Origin: a bacterium | GTDB lineage: Bacteria > Patescibacteriota > Minisyncoccia > Moranbacterales > UBA1568 | Length of the DNA: 64,000 bases | Assembly: GCA_021821305.1 (NCBI GenBank) | Contig: JAKACP010000001.1 | Coordinates: 330,453 to 394,452 of the forward strand | Reading direction: 5' to 3' | Part shown: in pieces, positions 29,510 through 40,152 of the stretch | How positions within the stretch are numbered: the first letter of the stretch is position 1 | How the letters are laid out: the number at the start of each line of letters is the position of its first letter | Notes under the pieces: model-generated | Seen by the model: the letters and a program-made list of their open reading frames with translations, nothing else | Told to the model about the DNA's origin: nothing | Databases searched by the model: none | Translations under genes and position numbers: made by a program

Positions 29510-32182
29510 TTACGAGAGGGATGCGACGTGCTCCCGGAGTTCGCCGGCTTTCGCCCGGGTTTCTTCGAGGAGTGTCTTCGTGCTCTCGACGATTTCCTTG
29601 GGGGCGCGGTCGGCGAAGGCGGGATTGCCGAGTTTCGATTCGAGTGACGCCGCGTATTTTTCCGTCTGCGCGAGGTCGGCTTCGAGCCGGGCTTTTTCCT
29701 TGGCGATGTCGATCACGCCTTCGAGGTGGAGGAATGCCTGGAGGAGTCCGACCTGAATGAGGAGCGAATTTTTCGGGGTGTCGGCGGAGCTGTCGATGCT
29801 CCGTATCTCACCTATGCGCGCGATTCGTTTAATAATTTCCTCATTGTCGTGGATGGTATTTTTATGACGGATTGTTCGTTCTGATGCGCCTCGAGCGCTC
29901 AACACCATTTTTATGGCAGGGTCGATGTGGTAGGTCGCGCGGATATTGCGGATGGCCGTGATGAGTCCTTTGACGAGCTCGAACCGATTTGCGTCCGCAA
30001 TCATCTTGTGAGTGGATTCAAATACGGGCCACTTGGCGATCATGAGGAATTCGCTCTTATCAAGATGGAATGTCTGATGGATCGCTTCGGTGACGAAGGG
30101 CATGAACGGATGCCAGAGCTTGAGGATGACGTCGAAGGCGTGGCGCAGGAGCGCGTCGTTTTTTTCGATCTTATGGACTTCGACATACCAGTCGGCGAAA
30201 TCGCCCCAGGTGAAATCGCGGAGCTCTTCGGTCGCGAGCGAGAGTTCGTAGCGGTCGAGATGACGCGTGACGCTCGCGGCGACCTCTTCGAGTTTCCGCA
30301 TGATGTATCGGTCGGCGTCGGATCGCGGTTCGGGTGCGGCGTCCGTTTCCGCGCTCATCGTGCCGATATAGCGGGCGAGATTCCAGAGTTTGTTCGTGAA
30401 GTTGCGCATCGCGACGATCTTCTCGTCCGAGAGTTTCACGTCGTTGCCGGGTGTCGATCCGGATATGAGCGCCATCCGGAGTGCGTCGGCGCCGTGGACT
30501 TCCGAGACATCGAGGGGATCGATGATATTGCCGAGGCTCTTGGACATCTTGCGTCCCTCGGCGTCGCGGACGAGGCCATGGAGGTAGACTTTTTCGAATG
30601 GGGGCATCCCGATGAAGTATTCGCTCATGAGGATCATCCGCGCGACCCAGAAGAAGAGGATGTCGTAGCCGGTCTCGAGGAGGTTGGTCGGGTGGTAGGT
30701 CTTGAAGTCGTTCGCTTCGGTATCGGGCCAGCCGAGCGTCGAAAACGTCCACAGTCCCGATGAGAACCACGTGTCGAGCGTGTCCTGATCCTGTTCCCAG
30801 CCGTCGCCTTGGGGGGCGTCGATGCCGCAGAAGATCTCCTCGCCCCGATACCACACGGGTATCCGATGCCCGAACCAGATCTGCCGCGAGATGCACCAGT
30901 CGCGGAGGTTGTCGATCCAGTGGAAATAGGTCTTGGCGAACCGGTCGGGGAGGATGGCGATATCGCCGGATGAGACGGCCTCGCGCATGAGCTCCTTGAG
31001 CGAGACCTGCCGTCCGTTCTTTTCGAATTCCTTGTTCACGTCGATGAACCACTGCTTCATGGGCAGGACTTCGACGACGTCCTTGAACCGGTCGCTCGTG
31101 CCGACGCTCTGGTCGACCTCTTCCTCGTGTTCGAGGAGCCCGGCCGCCCTGAGCGAGGCGATGACCTTTGCGCGCGCGTCCGCCACGGAGAGTCCGGCAT
31201 AGGCGTCGCCCGCCCATCGTGTCATTGCCCCGTCTGTCCCGATGACCGCCTCGTCCGCGGGGGCGAAGGCGATCTCGGCTTTGTGCCGGAGGTAGAAATC
31301 ATAGTCCGTGTGGCTGTGCGCCGGGGTGATGCCGACCGCACCGGTGCCGAACGCGGGGTCGACCATCTCGTCGGCGATGATCCGGATGGAGAGGTTCGGG
31401 CCGCCCGCGAAGGACCCGATCTCGTAGGTCTTGCCGACGAATTCACGGTATCGCTCGTCGTCCGGATGCACCGCGACGGCGGTATCGCCGAGCTTGGTTT
31501 CCGGCCGGGTCGTCGCGATAGCGATGGGGAAATCTTCGGAGTACCTGAAGGTAGAGAGTGTCGCCTTGCGGTCGATGTAGACAAGCTCGTCGTCGGAGCA
31601 GGTGGACTGTCCTTTCACGGACCAGTTGACGGTCCGATAGCCGCGGTAGATGAGTCCGTCGTCATACATCCGTTTGAACGCGGTGCGGACGGCGAGGGAG
31701 CGTTTCTCATCGAGGGTATAGGCTTCGCGCGACCAGTCGACCGAGGAGCCGAGCTTCTCGATCTGATGCTTGATACGATCATGGCTTTCCCGGGCGAATG
31801 TCTCGAGACGCGCGAGGAACTCCTCGCGGCTGAAGTCGTAGCGTGTCTTTTTCTCCTCCTGCCAGAGGATGTCCTCGACCTTGCTCTGCGTCGCGACGGC
31901 GGCGTGGTCGGTGCCGGGGAGCCAGAGCGTCCGGTCGCCTCTCATGCGGTGATAGCGGACAATCGTGTCCTCGATCGCGAGCATGGCGGCGTGTCCCGCA
32001 TGGAGGACGCCGGTCACGTTCGGCGGCGGGAGCACGATGGAAAACGTCGGTTTCGTCGCGTCCGTGACGCCCGCTTCGATGCATCGGTCCGGATCGAAAA
32101 ACCCGCTCTCCGTCCATCTGCGGTAGAGATCGTCCTCCCACTCTTTGGGGGTATATGCCTTGGGGATGTCGGTTTCGTTCAT
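29510..32182 (-). CDS. valS: Valyl-tRNA synthetase
   Basis: HIGH-like PPNVTGVLHAGHA and KMSKS; start taken at MNETDIPK. Confidence 0.9.
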   Translation of the reverse strand: MNETDIPKAYTPKEWEDDLYRRWTESGFFDPDRCIEAGVTDATKPTFSIVLPPPNVTGVLHAGHAAMLAIEDTIVRYHRMRGDRTLWLPGTDHAAVATQSKVEDILWQEEKKTRYDFSREEFLARLETFARESHDRIKHQIEKLGSSVDWSREAYTLDEKRSLAVRTAFKRMYDDGLIYRGYRTVNWSVKGQSTCSDDELVYIDRKATLSTFRYSEDFPIAIATTRPETKLGDTAVAVHPDDERYREFVGKTYEIGSFAGGPNLSIRIIADEMVDPAFGTGAVGITPAHSHTDYDFYLRHKAEIAFAPADEAVIGTDGAMTRWAGDAYAGLSVADARAKVIASLRAAGLLEHEEEVDQSVGTSDRFKDVVEVLPMKQWFIDVNKEFEKNGRQVSLKELMREAVSSGDIAILPDRFAKTYFHWIDNLRDWCISRQIWFGHRIPVWYRGEEIFCGIDAPQGDGWEQDQDTLDTWFSSGLWTFSTLGWPDTEANDFKTYHPTNLLETGYDILFFWVARMILMSEYFIGMPPFEKVYLHGLVRDAEGRKMSKSLGNIIDPLDVSEVHGADALRMALISGSTPGNDVKLSDEKIVAMRNFTNKLWNLARYIGTMSAETDAAPEPRSDADRYIMRKLEEVAASVTRHLDRYELSLATEELRDFTWGDFADWYVEVHKIEKNDALLRHAFDVILKLWHPFMPFVTEAIHQTFHLDKSEFLMIAKWPVFESTHKMIADANRFELVKGLITAIRNIRATYHIDPAIKMVLSARGASERTIRHKNTIHDNEEIIKRIARIGEIRSIDSSADTPKNSLLIQVGLLQAFLHLEGVIDIAKEKARLEADLAQTEKYAASLESKLGNPAFADRAPKEIVESTKTLLEETRAKAGELREHVASLS

Positions 32183-32333
32183 AGTCGAATGAAGACTCCA
32201 CGGATCGTGGATCCTTATGTTTCCCACGATAGCAGGAAAAAGGCGGTGTTTCAAGGAAAAAAGAAAACCGCCGGGCGTGGCCATGCGGTTCGATCGTGTT
32301 TTTACAGGTGGGAGCCGCTGGTTCTGTCTTATG

Positions 32334-33413
32334 TCAAAGGGCGAGATTGGAGTCCGCATCGAGCGACAGAGCGTCGGTCGCGAGTCGGTCGCGATCTTCG
32401 GCTCCCATGTGTCCGTAGCGGAAGACCGCAGCCGAGCCGATCATCGCCGCGTTGTCGAGAGAATACTTGAATTCCGGCATCATGAACGTCGTCTCCGGAA
32501 AATCGCGCAAGACGAGCTCGCGCATCCGGTCGCGCAGGCGCGTATTGGCCGAGACGCCGCCGGCGATGATGACGGTCGTGGGGGAATACGCTTCGATCGC
32601 TTTTCCGGTCTTGGCGACGAGGACGTCGACGACGGCTTCCTGGAATTCGTGCGCGACCGCATCGATGAAGTGCGTATCGTTTTTCCGCGCCTCGTTCTCT
32701 TTCATCAGATACAGCACCGCCGTCTTGAGTCCCGAGAAGGAAAAGTCGAGATTGTCGGAATCGATCATCGGGCGCGGCAACGGGAATTCCGGATTCTTCC
32801 CCGGTTCGTGATTCTCCGCCCGCGCGGCGATCGCCGGTCCTCCGGGATAAGGGAGACCGAGGAGCCGGGCCGCCTTGTCGAACGCCTCACCGGCCGCGTC
32901 ATCGCGCGTCTCGCCGAGGATCTCATATCGGAAGTGATCCCGCATCAAGACGAGCTGCGTATGGCCGCCGGATACGATGAGGGCGAGGAGCGGGAACGAA
33001 TCGGTCTTGTCGGGATCCGTTCCGATGAAGTTGGCGTAGATGTGTCCTTCGAGGTGATTCACGCCGAGCAGGGGTTTTTTCCAGACGAGCGAGAGGGTCT
33101 TGGCGGCCGAGACGCCGATCAGGAGCGCGGGGATGAGACCGGGTCCCTTGGTGACGGCGATCGCGGAGAGATCGTCCGGGGCGATGCCGCCCTTGCGGAT
33201 CGCATCCTCGACGACCGGGATGATGTTCTCGACGTGCTCGCGCGCGGCAAGGTTCGGGACCACGCCGCCGTACTTGGCATGCAGCTCGATCTGGGTCCTC
33301 ACGACGGACGAGAGGACGGTGACTTTCCCGTCGACCACGCCGACCACGGCCGCCGCGGTCTCATCGCAGGAGGTCTCGATCGCGAGTATAGTGATGTCGT
33401 GTGAATCGTTCAT
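32334..33413 (-). CDS. tsaD: tRNA N6-adenosine threonylcarbamoyltransferase TsaD (Kae1/YgjD)
   Basis: ILAIETSCDETAAAV and GVNHLEGH metal-binding motifs. Confidence 0.85.
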   Translation of the reverse strand: MNDSHDITILAIETSCDETAAAVVGVVDGKVTVLSSVVRTQIELHAKYGGVVPNLAAREHVENIIPVVEDAIRKGGIAPDDLSAIAVTKGPGLIPALLIGVSAAKTLSLVWKKPLLGVNHLEGHIYANFIGTDPDKTDSFPLLALIVSGGHTQLVLMRDHFRYEILGETRDDAAGEAFDKAARLLGLPYPGGPAIAARAENHEPGKNPEFPLPRPMIDSDNLDFSFSGLKTAVLYLMKENEARKNDTHFIDAVAHEFQEAVVDVLVAKTGKAIEAYSPTTVIIAGGVSANTRLRDRMRELVLRDFPETTFMMPEFKYSLDNAAMIGSAAVFRYGHMGAEDRDRLATDALSLDADSNLAL

Positions 33414-33464
33414 GATGCTTTACTTTATTCCGTTTTGTGATAGAACACAAGGAAGGCATACCCT

Positions 33465-34043
33465 ATGGAAAAGAAGGCATATACCGACGCTGAGCTCGCG
33501 CTCCGTTCCCGGAAGGGCGATCAGGCCGCTTTTCAGGAGCTCGTGTCGCGGTATCGGGAAAAGCTCTCGCTCTACCTCCGCCACCTGACTCTCGGCCGTG
33601 ACGAATCGGAGGATCTCGTCCAGGACGTGTTCATGAAGGCGTACCGCGCACTCGGGAGTTTCGACGGGAGACGCCGGTTCTCGCCGTGGATCTATCGGAT
33701 CGCGCACAACGAGGCGATCAACTACCTGAAGCGCAAGAGCCGCCGCCGAGTCGTCTCCTGGGAGGATATTTCGGATTCACAAGACGAGCTCGAGGCCGCA
33801 CAGATTGCCGATACGCCGGAGGAACTGTGGGCGAACGAAGAGGATCGGGAGAGGGTGCGTCACGCGCTCAGCGAACTGTCTGAGCCGTATCGCGAGGTGC
33901 TCATACTCCGGTACTATCTCGACAAGTCCTACACCGAGATGAGCGAGATACTCGGCAAGCCGGAGAATACCATCGCGAGCACCCTGAGCCGGGCGAAAAA
34001 GAAGCTGGCGCAACGGTTGGACCGGCGAAAGAAGCCGAGATGA
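33465..34043 (+). CDS. ECF-family RNA polymerase sigma factor
   Basis: Sigma-70 regions 2 and 4 (DLVQDVF...W.YRIA.N). Confidence 0.75.
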   Translation: MEKKAYTDAELALRSRKGDQAAFQELVSRYREKLSLYLRHLTLGRDESEDLVQDVFMKAYRALGSFDGRRRFSPWIYRIAHNEAINYLKRKSRRRVVSWEDISDSQDELEAAQIADTPEELWANEEDRERVRHALSELSEPYREVLILRYYLDKSYTEMSEILGKPENTIASTLSRAKKKLAQRLDRRKKPR

Positions 34044-34125
34044 ACGACGACATCAGGATTTCATAAAAACATCCGCGAGTGGCGGATGTTTTTTGTTTCT
34101 TGTTCCGGCGGGCGCGGCTACTGCT

Positions 34126-34374
34126 TCAGCGCAGAGCTTTGAGCGCGGCGATCAGGACGATGGCGCCGACCAAAGCTACTGCGAAACTGCCGATGTTGAA
34201 GCCGGTCACGCCGCCACCGATGCCCAGGAGGCTGAAAATCCAGCTGCCGAGCATGGCGCCGACGATACCGACGATGATATTGAGGATGATACCTTGCTGT
34301 CCGTCGGTGTCCATCAGCACCGAGGCGATCCAACCGACCAGCCCTCCGAAAATGATATAGATGAGGAGACTCAT
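34126..34374 (-). CDS. GlsB/YeaQ/YmgE-family stress membrane protein
   Basis: 82 aa Gly-rich 3-TM protein. Confidence 0.55.
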   Translation of the reverse strand: MSLLIYIIFGGLVGWIASVLMDTDGQQGIILNIIVGIVGAMLGSWIFSLLGIGGGVTGFNIGSFAVALVGAIVLIAALKALR

Positions 34375-34394
34375 AGGGGTACGCGTGAATGGGA

Positions 34395-34751
34395 TTATTT
34401 GTCCTGCTGATCAAGCTTCATCGCCGCTTCGGGCGTGGAAACGGTCTTGCCCATCACCAAGAGTTTGATTATACCCCAAGCCACGACGTAATAGACGAAC
34501 ATCGCGAGGATGGTGGTCCACTCGAAGACGCTTCCCTGCGCTTTGGTGACATTGAACACCGCGGCAAAGGGAGTGGCAAACGGTGCCGTGACCGCATAGA
34601 TGAAACTGGTGAACCCGGCTTCGGCATTGGCACCGAGGAGTTTCAACACGAAACGGAACGCGAGAAGAACCTCGACGAGGCCCAAGATATACCAGACGAT
34701 CTGCGTGCCACGATAGAGCGGTTGTGTGCTGCCTGATGATTGCGCGTCCAT
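34395..34751 (-). CDS. Small membrane protein (YggT-like?)
   Basis: ORF with TM helices. Confidence 0.35.
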   Translation of the reverse strand: MDAQSSGSTQPLYRGTQIVWYILGLVEVLLAFRFVLKLLGANAEAGFTSFIYAVTAPFATPFAAVFNVTKAQGSVFEWTTILAMFVYYVVAWGIIKLLVMGKTVSTPEAAMKLDQQDK

Positions 34752-34935
34752 ATGTTTTGAGCTAGATGATTACTGGCGACATCCCGATACGGCTGCGTAG
34801 ACCCATATCGTGTGTAATGAAAAATTGTAGCTCTATGAATGAAGTATACTCCTCCTAGCCGATAATAGCGAACGATCGTATGAAAATGAATGAAACAAAA
34901 GACACCGTCAGGTGACGGTGTCTTATTGAAGAATG

Positions 34936-35007
34936 TAGCCCGTAGGGGAGTCGAACCCCTCTTACCAGGATGAAAACCTGGCGTCCTAACCGATAGACGA
35001 ACGGGCC
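34936..35007 (-). tRNA. tRNA-Glu(TTC)
   Basis: Acceptor GGCCCGT/ACGGGCT (G1-U72); D-arm TCGTCTATCGGTTAGGAC; anticodon loop TTTTCAT. Confidence 0.75.
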
Positions 35008-35064
35008 AAGTAAAATGTCAAAACTAAGTGCTATTAAAGCAAGAGTAGCGAATTATAGCAAGAG

Positions 35065-36315
35065 TCAGGATTCCAGGGTATTCGTTTCCGCAATCCGCGC
35101 GTACGCGCGAGCGCTTTCGCGGATGGCGCGGCCTTGGGTCGTGCGGTCGACGGCGACGAGGCCGAATCGGAGCCAATACCCCTTGTCCCACTCGAAGTTG
35201 TCGAGAAGCGACCAGTAGAAATAGCCGCGTACGTCGACGCCGTCGGCGATCGCGTGATGCATGGCGGCAAGCGCACGCGGGATGAATTCCCGTCGGAGTT
35301 CATCGGAGGCATCCGCCAGACCGTTTTCGGTGATATATATGGGTTTGCCGTAGCGTCGCAACTCCATGAGCGCCTGATAGATGGATTCCGGGTGGAACTC
35401 CCAGCCGAAATCAGTCTGTCGTTCGTTCGGATTCTTCCCGAAACCGTTGTCGATGACGTTTCGGTTGTAGTGGTTGAGGCCGATGAAGTCCTGATGTTTT
35501 CCGATGCGGTTCAGGAAGTAGAGATTCCACCCGTAGTCGGCGGCGGCCTTGAGCGCGCGGTTGACCGGGGTCGGACGCACCATTTCGAATACGACCTGAT
35601 GCTTGGCGATGCCGATCTGCGCTTCCGGGAAATTTTCCTTGATCGTCGCGTATGCGAGTCGGTGTGCGTCGATAAGGCGGTGTATGGACTTCAGGAAGAG
35701 GCGCACGCTTTTTTTCTGCGGCGGCCAGGCGCCTTTCATGTATGCATGCGAGGAGACGACATCGGGTTCGTTGAGCGTGATCCAGAACTTCACGTCGTTC
35801 CCGAGCGACGAGACGATCTTCTCCGTGTATATGCGGAACCGTTCCGGGAAATCCGACGCGGTCGTTCCGCCACGTTCCGAGAGCCACAATGGGAGCGTCC
35901 AGTGCCAGAGTGTGACGAAGGGCTCGATGCCGCGCGCGCGGAGCGATCGGATCATCTGCCGGTAGCGGTCGATCGCGGTCTCGTCGAAGACGCCTTCCTC
36001 GGGTTCGATCCGCGACCACTCGATCGAGAAGCGGTAGGCCTTGAGATGGAGTTCGCTCAGGATATCGAAATCTTCCTCATAGCGGTTCCAAGAGTCGCAG
36101 GCGATTCCGGAGAGGTAATTCGCGGGGTCGATCGCCTCCTTTTCGAATTTTTTCCAGTTCGGGTTCCAGCGGAAGGACGCTTCCGATTCGGCCGCGAGGC
36201 GCTCGGCGTTGGCCGCTTCCCATTCGCTCCAGTCGTTGTGCTGACCGCCCTCGATCTGATGCGAGGCGGTCGCCGCGCCCCAGAGGAAGCCTTCCGGAAA
36301 TTCGAGTTTTGGCAT
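35065..36315 (-). CDS. GH1-family beta-glucosidase
   Basis: LNEP (acid/base) and ITENG (nucleophile) motifs; full-length GH1 similarity. Confidence 0.85.
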   Translation of the reverse strand: MPKLEFPEGFLWGAATASHQIEGGQHNDWSEWEAANAERLAAESEASFRWNPNWKKFEKEAIDPANYLSGIACDSWNRYEEDFDILSELHLKAYRFSIEWSRIEPEEGVFDETAIDRYRQMIRSLRARGIEPFVTLWHWTLPLWLSERGGTTASDFPERFRIYTEKIVSSLGNDVKFWITLNEPDVVSSHAYMKGAWPPQKKSVRLFLKSIHRLIDAHRLAYATIKENFPEAQIGIAKHQVVFEMVRPTPVNRALKAAADYGWNLYFLNRIGKHQDFIGLNHYNRNVIDNGFGKNPNERQTDFGWEFHPESIYQALMELRRYGKPIYITENGLADASDELRREFIPRALAAMHHAIADGVDVRGYFYWSLLDNFEWDKGYWLRFGLVAVDRTTQGRAIRESARAYARIAETNTLES

Positions 36316-36326
36316 ATCGTTTCAGT

Positions 36327-36866
36327 ATGAAAATCCTTACCCGATCATTCTATCACAAGGACACGCTCGAGGTCGCCCGCGGACTCCTCGGAAGCGTGCT
36401 CGTTCGCCGGGTGGGACGGAAGACCGTCCGGGCGCGGATCGTGGAGACGGAGGCGTACGTCGGCGAGGACGACCTCGCGTGCCACGCTTCGAAGGGCCGG
36501 ACGAAGCGGACCGAGGTGATGTACGGCGAGGCGGGACACGCGTATGTCTACATGATCTACGGGATGTACCACTGTCTCAACATCGTGACGGAAGCGAAGG
36601 ATTTCCCGTCGGCGGTGCTCATCCGCGCCGTGGAAATCGACGGGGTGCCCCGCAAGGAGACGGACGGCCCCGGAAAACTCTGTCGATTCCTCGACATCGA
36701 CCGGAGCCTGAACGGGTGGGATGTGACGCGCGGCGGGAAACTGTGGATCGAATCCGGAAAACCATCCGACGATGAAATCGTCTCAGCGGCGAAACGGGTC
36801 GGCATCGACTACGCGGGACACTGCCGGGAGTATCCCTGGCGGTTTGTCTTGGAAGGGAAAAAATGA
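36327..36866 (+). CDS. mpg: DNA-3-methyladenine glycosylase (Mpg/AAG family)
   Basis: ETEAYVGEDD.A.HA..G.T.R...MYG motif. Confidence 0.75.
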   Translation: MKILTRSFYHKDTLEVARGLLGSVLVRRVGRKTVRARIVETEAYVGEDDLACHASKGRTKRTEVMYGEAGHAYVYMIYGMYHCLNIVTEAKDFPSAVLIRAVEIDGVPRKETDGPGKLCRFLDIDRSLNGWDVTRGGKLWIESGKPSDDEIVSAAKRVGIDYAGHCREYPWRFVLEGKK

Positions 36867-36898
36867 GAAGCTGGGGTCATACATGAATCGGCCATCCT

Positions 36899-37174
36899 AT
36901 GGGTTTCGAAGATATCACCCGATCATCGGAAGCGGAGTCCCGGATGTCCGAGGAATCCTTTTTCCTGACGGAGCAGAAGGTGCTCGAGGAACTGTTCGGC
37001 GATGACGGGGAGAAAGCCTCCGAGTGGCTTCTCCGTGACGGCGGGCACAACGGCGCGCTGCTTCGCGAAGCGACCGAACGGCACCTGCGTTCATCCGGAA
37101 GCGACTCGGATATCGTTCTCCGGATCGCGGATGAACTGCGCTTTCATCCCGAAGATCTCCGGGAGGCCGCGTGA
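36899..37174 (+). CDS. Small acidic hypothetical protein
   Basis: ORF only. Confidence 0.25.
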   Translation: MGFEDITRSSEAESRMSEESFFLTEQKVLEELFGDDGEKASEWLLRDGGHNGALLREATERHLRSSGSDSDIVLRIADELRFHPEDLREAA

Positions 37175-37177
37175 GAG

Positions 37178-39265
37178 TTATTCCAGATGGATCTTTTCTT
37201 CGAATTTCCTGAGTTCGTCGCGGAGCAGGGGGTGGTGTTCGAGTGACGGATCCTCGGCGAGAAGCCGCGCCGCTTCCGTACGGGCGATCTCGATGAGCTT
37301 GAGATTGGTCAGGTTTTCCATGGAAACATCGGGCAGTCCGGACTGGCGCGTGCCGAAGAAGCTTCCCGGACCGCGGAGCGCGAGATCGGCTTCGGCTATC
37401 TCGAACCCGCTTGCGCTTTTCTCGAGCGCCTCGAGGCGGGCGTTCTTCGCGGAGACACCTTCTCCGGGGAAGAGGAAACAGTAGGACTGGTGTTCGGACC
37501 GGCCGACCCGGCCGCGGAACTGATGGAGCTGTGAAAGTCCGAAGCGTTCGGCGTTCTCGATCAGGATGACGCTCGCGTTTGGGATGTCGATACCGACCTC
37601 GATGACGGAGGTGGCGACGAGGATATCGGATTTTCCGAGACGGAAGTCCTCCATGATCGCTTCCTTTTCCTTGGCCTTGAGTTTGCCGTGGACGAGCGCG
37701 ATGCGCAGGTCGGGGAAGACTTCCTTTTGCAGGCGCTCCGCTTCCGCGGTCGCGGCCTTCACGTCCTCCATCGCCTCGGATTCCTCGACCAAAGGCGAGA
37801 TGACGAATGCCTGCCGTCCGTCCGCGATCTCCTTGCGGATGAAATCATAGATGACCTCGCGGTCCGCGCGGTTGTGCGCGATCCGGGTCTTGATCGGTTT
37901 GCGGTCTTTCGGGAGCTCGTCGAGCACGGAGAGGTCGAGATCGCCGAAGAAGGCGAGCGCGAGCGTCCGCGGGATCGGGGTCGCGGTCATGGTGAGGAAA
38001 TGCGGGACCGCGTCCTGGAGCCCGTCGTTGATCTCGGAGGCGCGGAGCTGGAGCGATGCGCGCTGTTCGACGCCGAAGCGGTGCTGTTCGTCCACGACGA
38101 CGAGCGCGAGATTCCGGAAACGGATCTTCTCCTGGAGGATAGCGTGCGTACCGATGATGACGCGCGGGATGCCCGCCTGTATGGCCTTGATGAGCGACGG
38201 CTTTTTGACGGGGTCGCGGTTGAGCGCCTGATATTCGCGGGTGAGGAGCGCTATCGAGAACGGTTCGTCGGCGAACAGGCGCGACAGGCTCTCCCAGTGC
38301 TGGCGGGCGAGGACCGCGGTCGGCGCGAGTATGACCGACTGGTATCCGGCGAGCGCCGCAGCGCGGAGCGCGAGCCCGGCGACCACGGTCTTACCCGATC
38401 CGACGTCGCCGTTGAGGAGTCTATTCATCGGGCGGGGCCGCGCGAGGTCATCTTGTATCTCGGTCGCGGCTTTTTTCTGCGCCCGAGTAAGGACGAAGGG
38501 GAGGGCATCCATGAAGGCCTCGGTCGCTTTCCGGTCCGAAGGGATCGGCACCGCGGCCGCCGTATCGAAGAGCGCCTTCGCCTGGAGGGAGCGGAGTTCG
38601 AGAGTGAGCATCTCATCCCAGGCGAAACGCTTACGGGCGACCTGCCAATCGTTCTCATCGGCCGGGAAATGCACCGATCGTATCGCGGCTCCCAAGGTCG
38701 GCAGGTGGAGGCGCTCGAGGATGTCCTTCGGAACGGGATCGGGAATCGATTTCAGCTGTTTGAGGATCTCGATGATCTGCCAGCGGAAGAATCGTGACGT
38801 CACGCCGGCGGTTTCGGGATATATGGGTATGAGGCGCGCGGTATGCGTCGCCGTCCTCGCCGAGCGCTCATAGTCGGGACCCTGGAAGAGGAGTCCCTTC
38901 TTGTCCTCGGAGACCTTGCCGGAGAGCCGCACCGAGAGCCCTTCGCTCAGGGTCGCGGCGATGAAGCGGTTGCCGAACCATATCGCGCGGACCGTACCGG
39001 ATCCGTCGTCGAGCGTCGCCTCGGTCAGGTAGACGTGTTTGTGGAATGTCCGACCGGCGCTGAGCCGGGTGATCGTCCCTTCGACCGTGCAGAGGTCTCC
39101 CGGAGCGAGGTCGGCGATCGGCTTCACCGCGGAATAGTCCTCGTAGTGACGGGGAATATGCCGGAGGAGGTCACCCACGGTCGTGAGCTCGAGGCGTTTC
39201 AGGCGTCCGAGCACGTTTTTCTTGAAAGCGGGGATTTCCGCAAGCGGCGTATCGAGTGTGAACAT
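37178..39265 (-). CDS. recG: ATP-dependent DNA helicase RecG
   Basis: Wedge domain; Walker A GDVGSGKT; DEQHRFG; full length. Confidence 0.85.
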   Translation of the reverse strand: MFTLDTPLAEIPAFKKNVLGRLKRLELTTVGDLLRHIPRHYEDYSAVKPIADLAPGDLCTVEGTITRLSAGRTFHKHVYLTEATLDDGSGTVRAIWFGNRFIAATLSEGLSVRLSGKVSEDKKGLLFQGPDYERSARTATHTARLIPIYPETAGVTSRFFRWQIIEILKQLKSIPDPVPKDILERLHLPTLGAAIRSVHFPADENDWQVARKRFAWDEMLTLELRSLQAKALFDTAAAVPIPSDRKATEAFMDALPFVLTRAQKKAATEIQDDLARPRPMNRLLNGDVGSGKTVVAGLALRAAALAGYQSVILAPTAVLARQHWESLSRLFADEPFSIALLTREYQALNRDPVKKPSLIKAIQAGIPRVIIGTHAILQEKIRFRNLALVVVDEQHRFGVEQRASLQLRASEINDGLQDAVPHFLTMTATPIPRTLALAFFGDLDLSVLDELPKDRKPIKTRIAHNRADREVIYDFIRKEIADGRQAFVISPLVEESEAMEDVKAATAEAERLQKEVFPDLRIALVHGKLKAKEKEAIMEDFRLGKSDILVATSVIEVGIDIPNASVILIENAERFGLSQLHQFRGRVGRSEHQSYCFLFPGEGVSAKNARLEALEKSASGFEIAEADLALRGPGSFFGTRQSGLPDVSMENLTNLKLIEIARTEAARLLAEDPSLEHHPLLRDELRKFEEKIHLE

Positions 39266-39295
39266 AGAGATGCCTCCAGCATAGCAGGGGTGTCG

Positions 39296-39457
39296 AGAGC
39301 CTGTCTAATAAGTCTCTTTCGTCGCGATTTTCCAAAATTTCGAGCGAAAAACGTACGGATGGAGGAGGGCTACTCGGAGGGTAGCCAGACGAGATACGGA
39401 CGTTTTACAGCCGAAATTTTGGAAATGCAGCGGAATACGGGCTTTTTAGACAGGCTC
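39296..39457 (+). repeat. Palindromic intergenic element, copy 3
   Basis: Terminal inverted repeats AGAGCCTGTCTAA / TTAGACAGGCTCT; nested inverted repeat TTCCAAAATTTCG / CGAAATTTTGGAA; core motifs TTTCGAGCGAAAA and CAGCCGAAAT. Confidence 0.7.
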
Positions 39458-39469
39458 TAAGGAAAAAAA

Positions 39470-39510
39470 AGAACCCCGACGCGTAAAGGGGATAGCGTCG
39501 GGGTTAAGAA
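39470..39510 (-). terminator. Minus-strand terminator (AACCCCGACGC...GCGTCGGGGTT plus T8) after gene 39605-39976
   Basis: Seen in sequence. Confidence 0.5.
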
Positions 39511-39604
39511 CCGCCTATGGATTTACCCGTTCTGGCGGGTGAGGAACGGACCAAGGAGTATCCGTTCCGAAATCCATGACGGGGGACACACGAATCAGGT
39601 CACA

Positions 39605-39976
39605 TCAGAACATCGACAGGCGCTCGGCCGGGATGGGGGTGAAGCGTCGCTTGGCCCCCGGATTGAGCGTGTCGTCGTTCGCGAGTTTCCTTCTGACGGG
39701 GACATCGTTGCCGAGGCCGAGCTCGCCGAGCATGTCACGTACGAATGACTCGTCGATTTCGAACGTCGTCCGGGTGGGCGAGGTCGGCTTCATGAGTACC
39801 CGGGTCTTGTCGGTATGCAGGGAAAACCCGGCGCCGTTGTTTTTCAGGAATGTCTCGAGGCCTTTCCGTATGCCGACGCGGTCCTGCGGATCCGGTTCAC
39901 GATTGAGTTCAAGGGTGATATTTCCGGTTCCGATGTTGAGCCACGCGGCGACACAGAAAAGAGGGGATCGGTTCAT
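39605..39976 (-). CDS. Hypothetical secreted protein
   Basis: ORF with a signal-peptide-like N-terminus. Confidence 0.35.
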   Translation of the reverse strand: MNRSPLFCVAAWLNIGTGNITLELNREPDPQDRVGIRKGLETFLKNNGAGFSLHTDKTRVLMKPTSPTRTTFEIDESFVRDMLGELGLGNDVPVRRKLANDDTLNPGAKRRFTPIPAERLSMF

Positions 39977-40067
39977 GTGAATCTCCAAGAATGTGAAGGG
40001 ACGAAACAAGACTTCCTTGTGAAGAAGTCTTGTTATTTAAGCAGGAAATATACCTTTTGTCAATATG

Positions 40068-40139
40068 TGCGCTCGGCAGGAATCGAACCTGCATCGCCTC
40101 CTTCGGAGGGAGGCGTCCTATCCATTGAACGACGAGCGC
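40068..40139 (-). tRNA. tRNA-Arg(CCG)
   Basis: Acceptor GCGCTCG/CGAGCGC; anticodon loop CTCCGAA. Confidence 0.75.
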
Positions 40140-40152
40140 GATTTTTTGGTGT

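Noticed and set aside
30171-32470. Arg/Pro-rich ORFs (30171-31217 minus, 31127-32470 plus) inside valS
   Set aside because: Overlap valS (clear HIGH and KMSKS motifs). Low-complexity high-GC frame artefacts.
35134-38797. Long plus-strand ORFs 35134-36330 and 37688-38797
   Set aside because: Antisense to the GH1 beta-glucosidase and to recG respectively. No domain signal.
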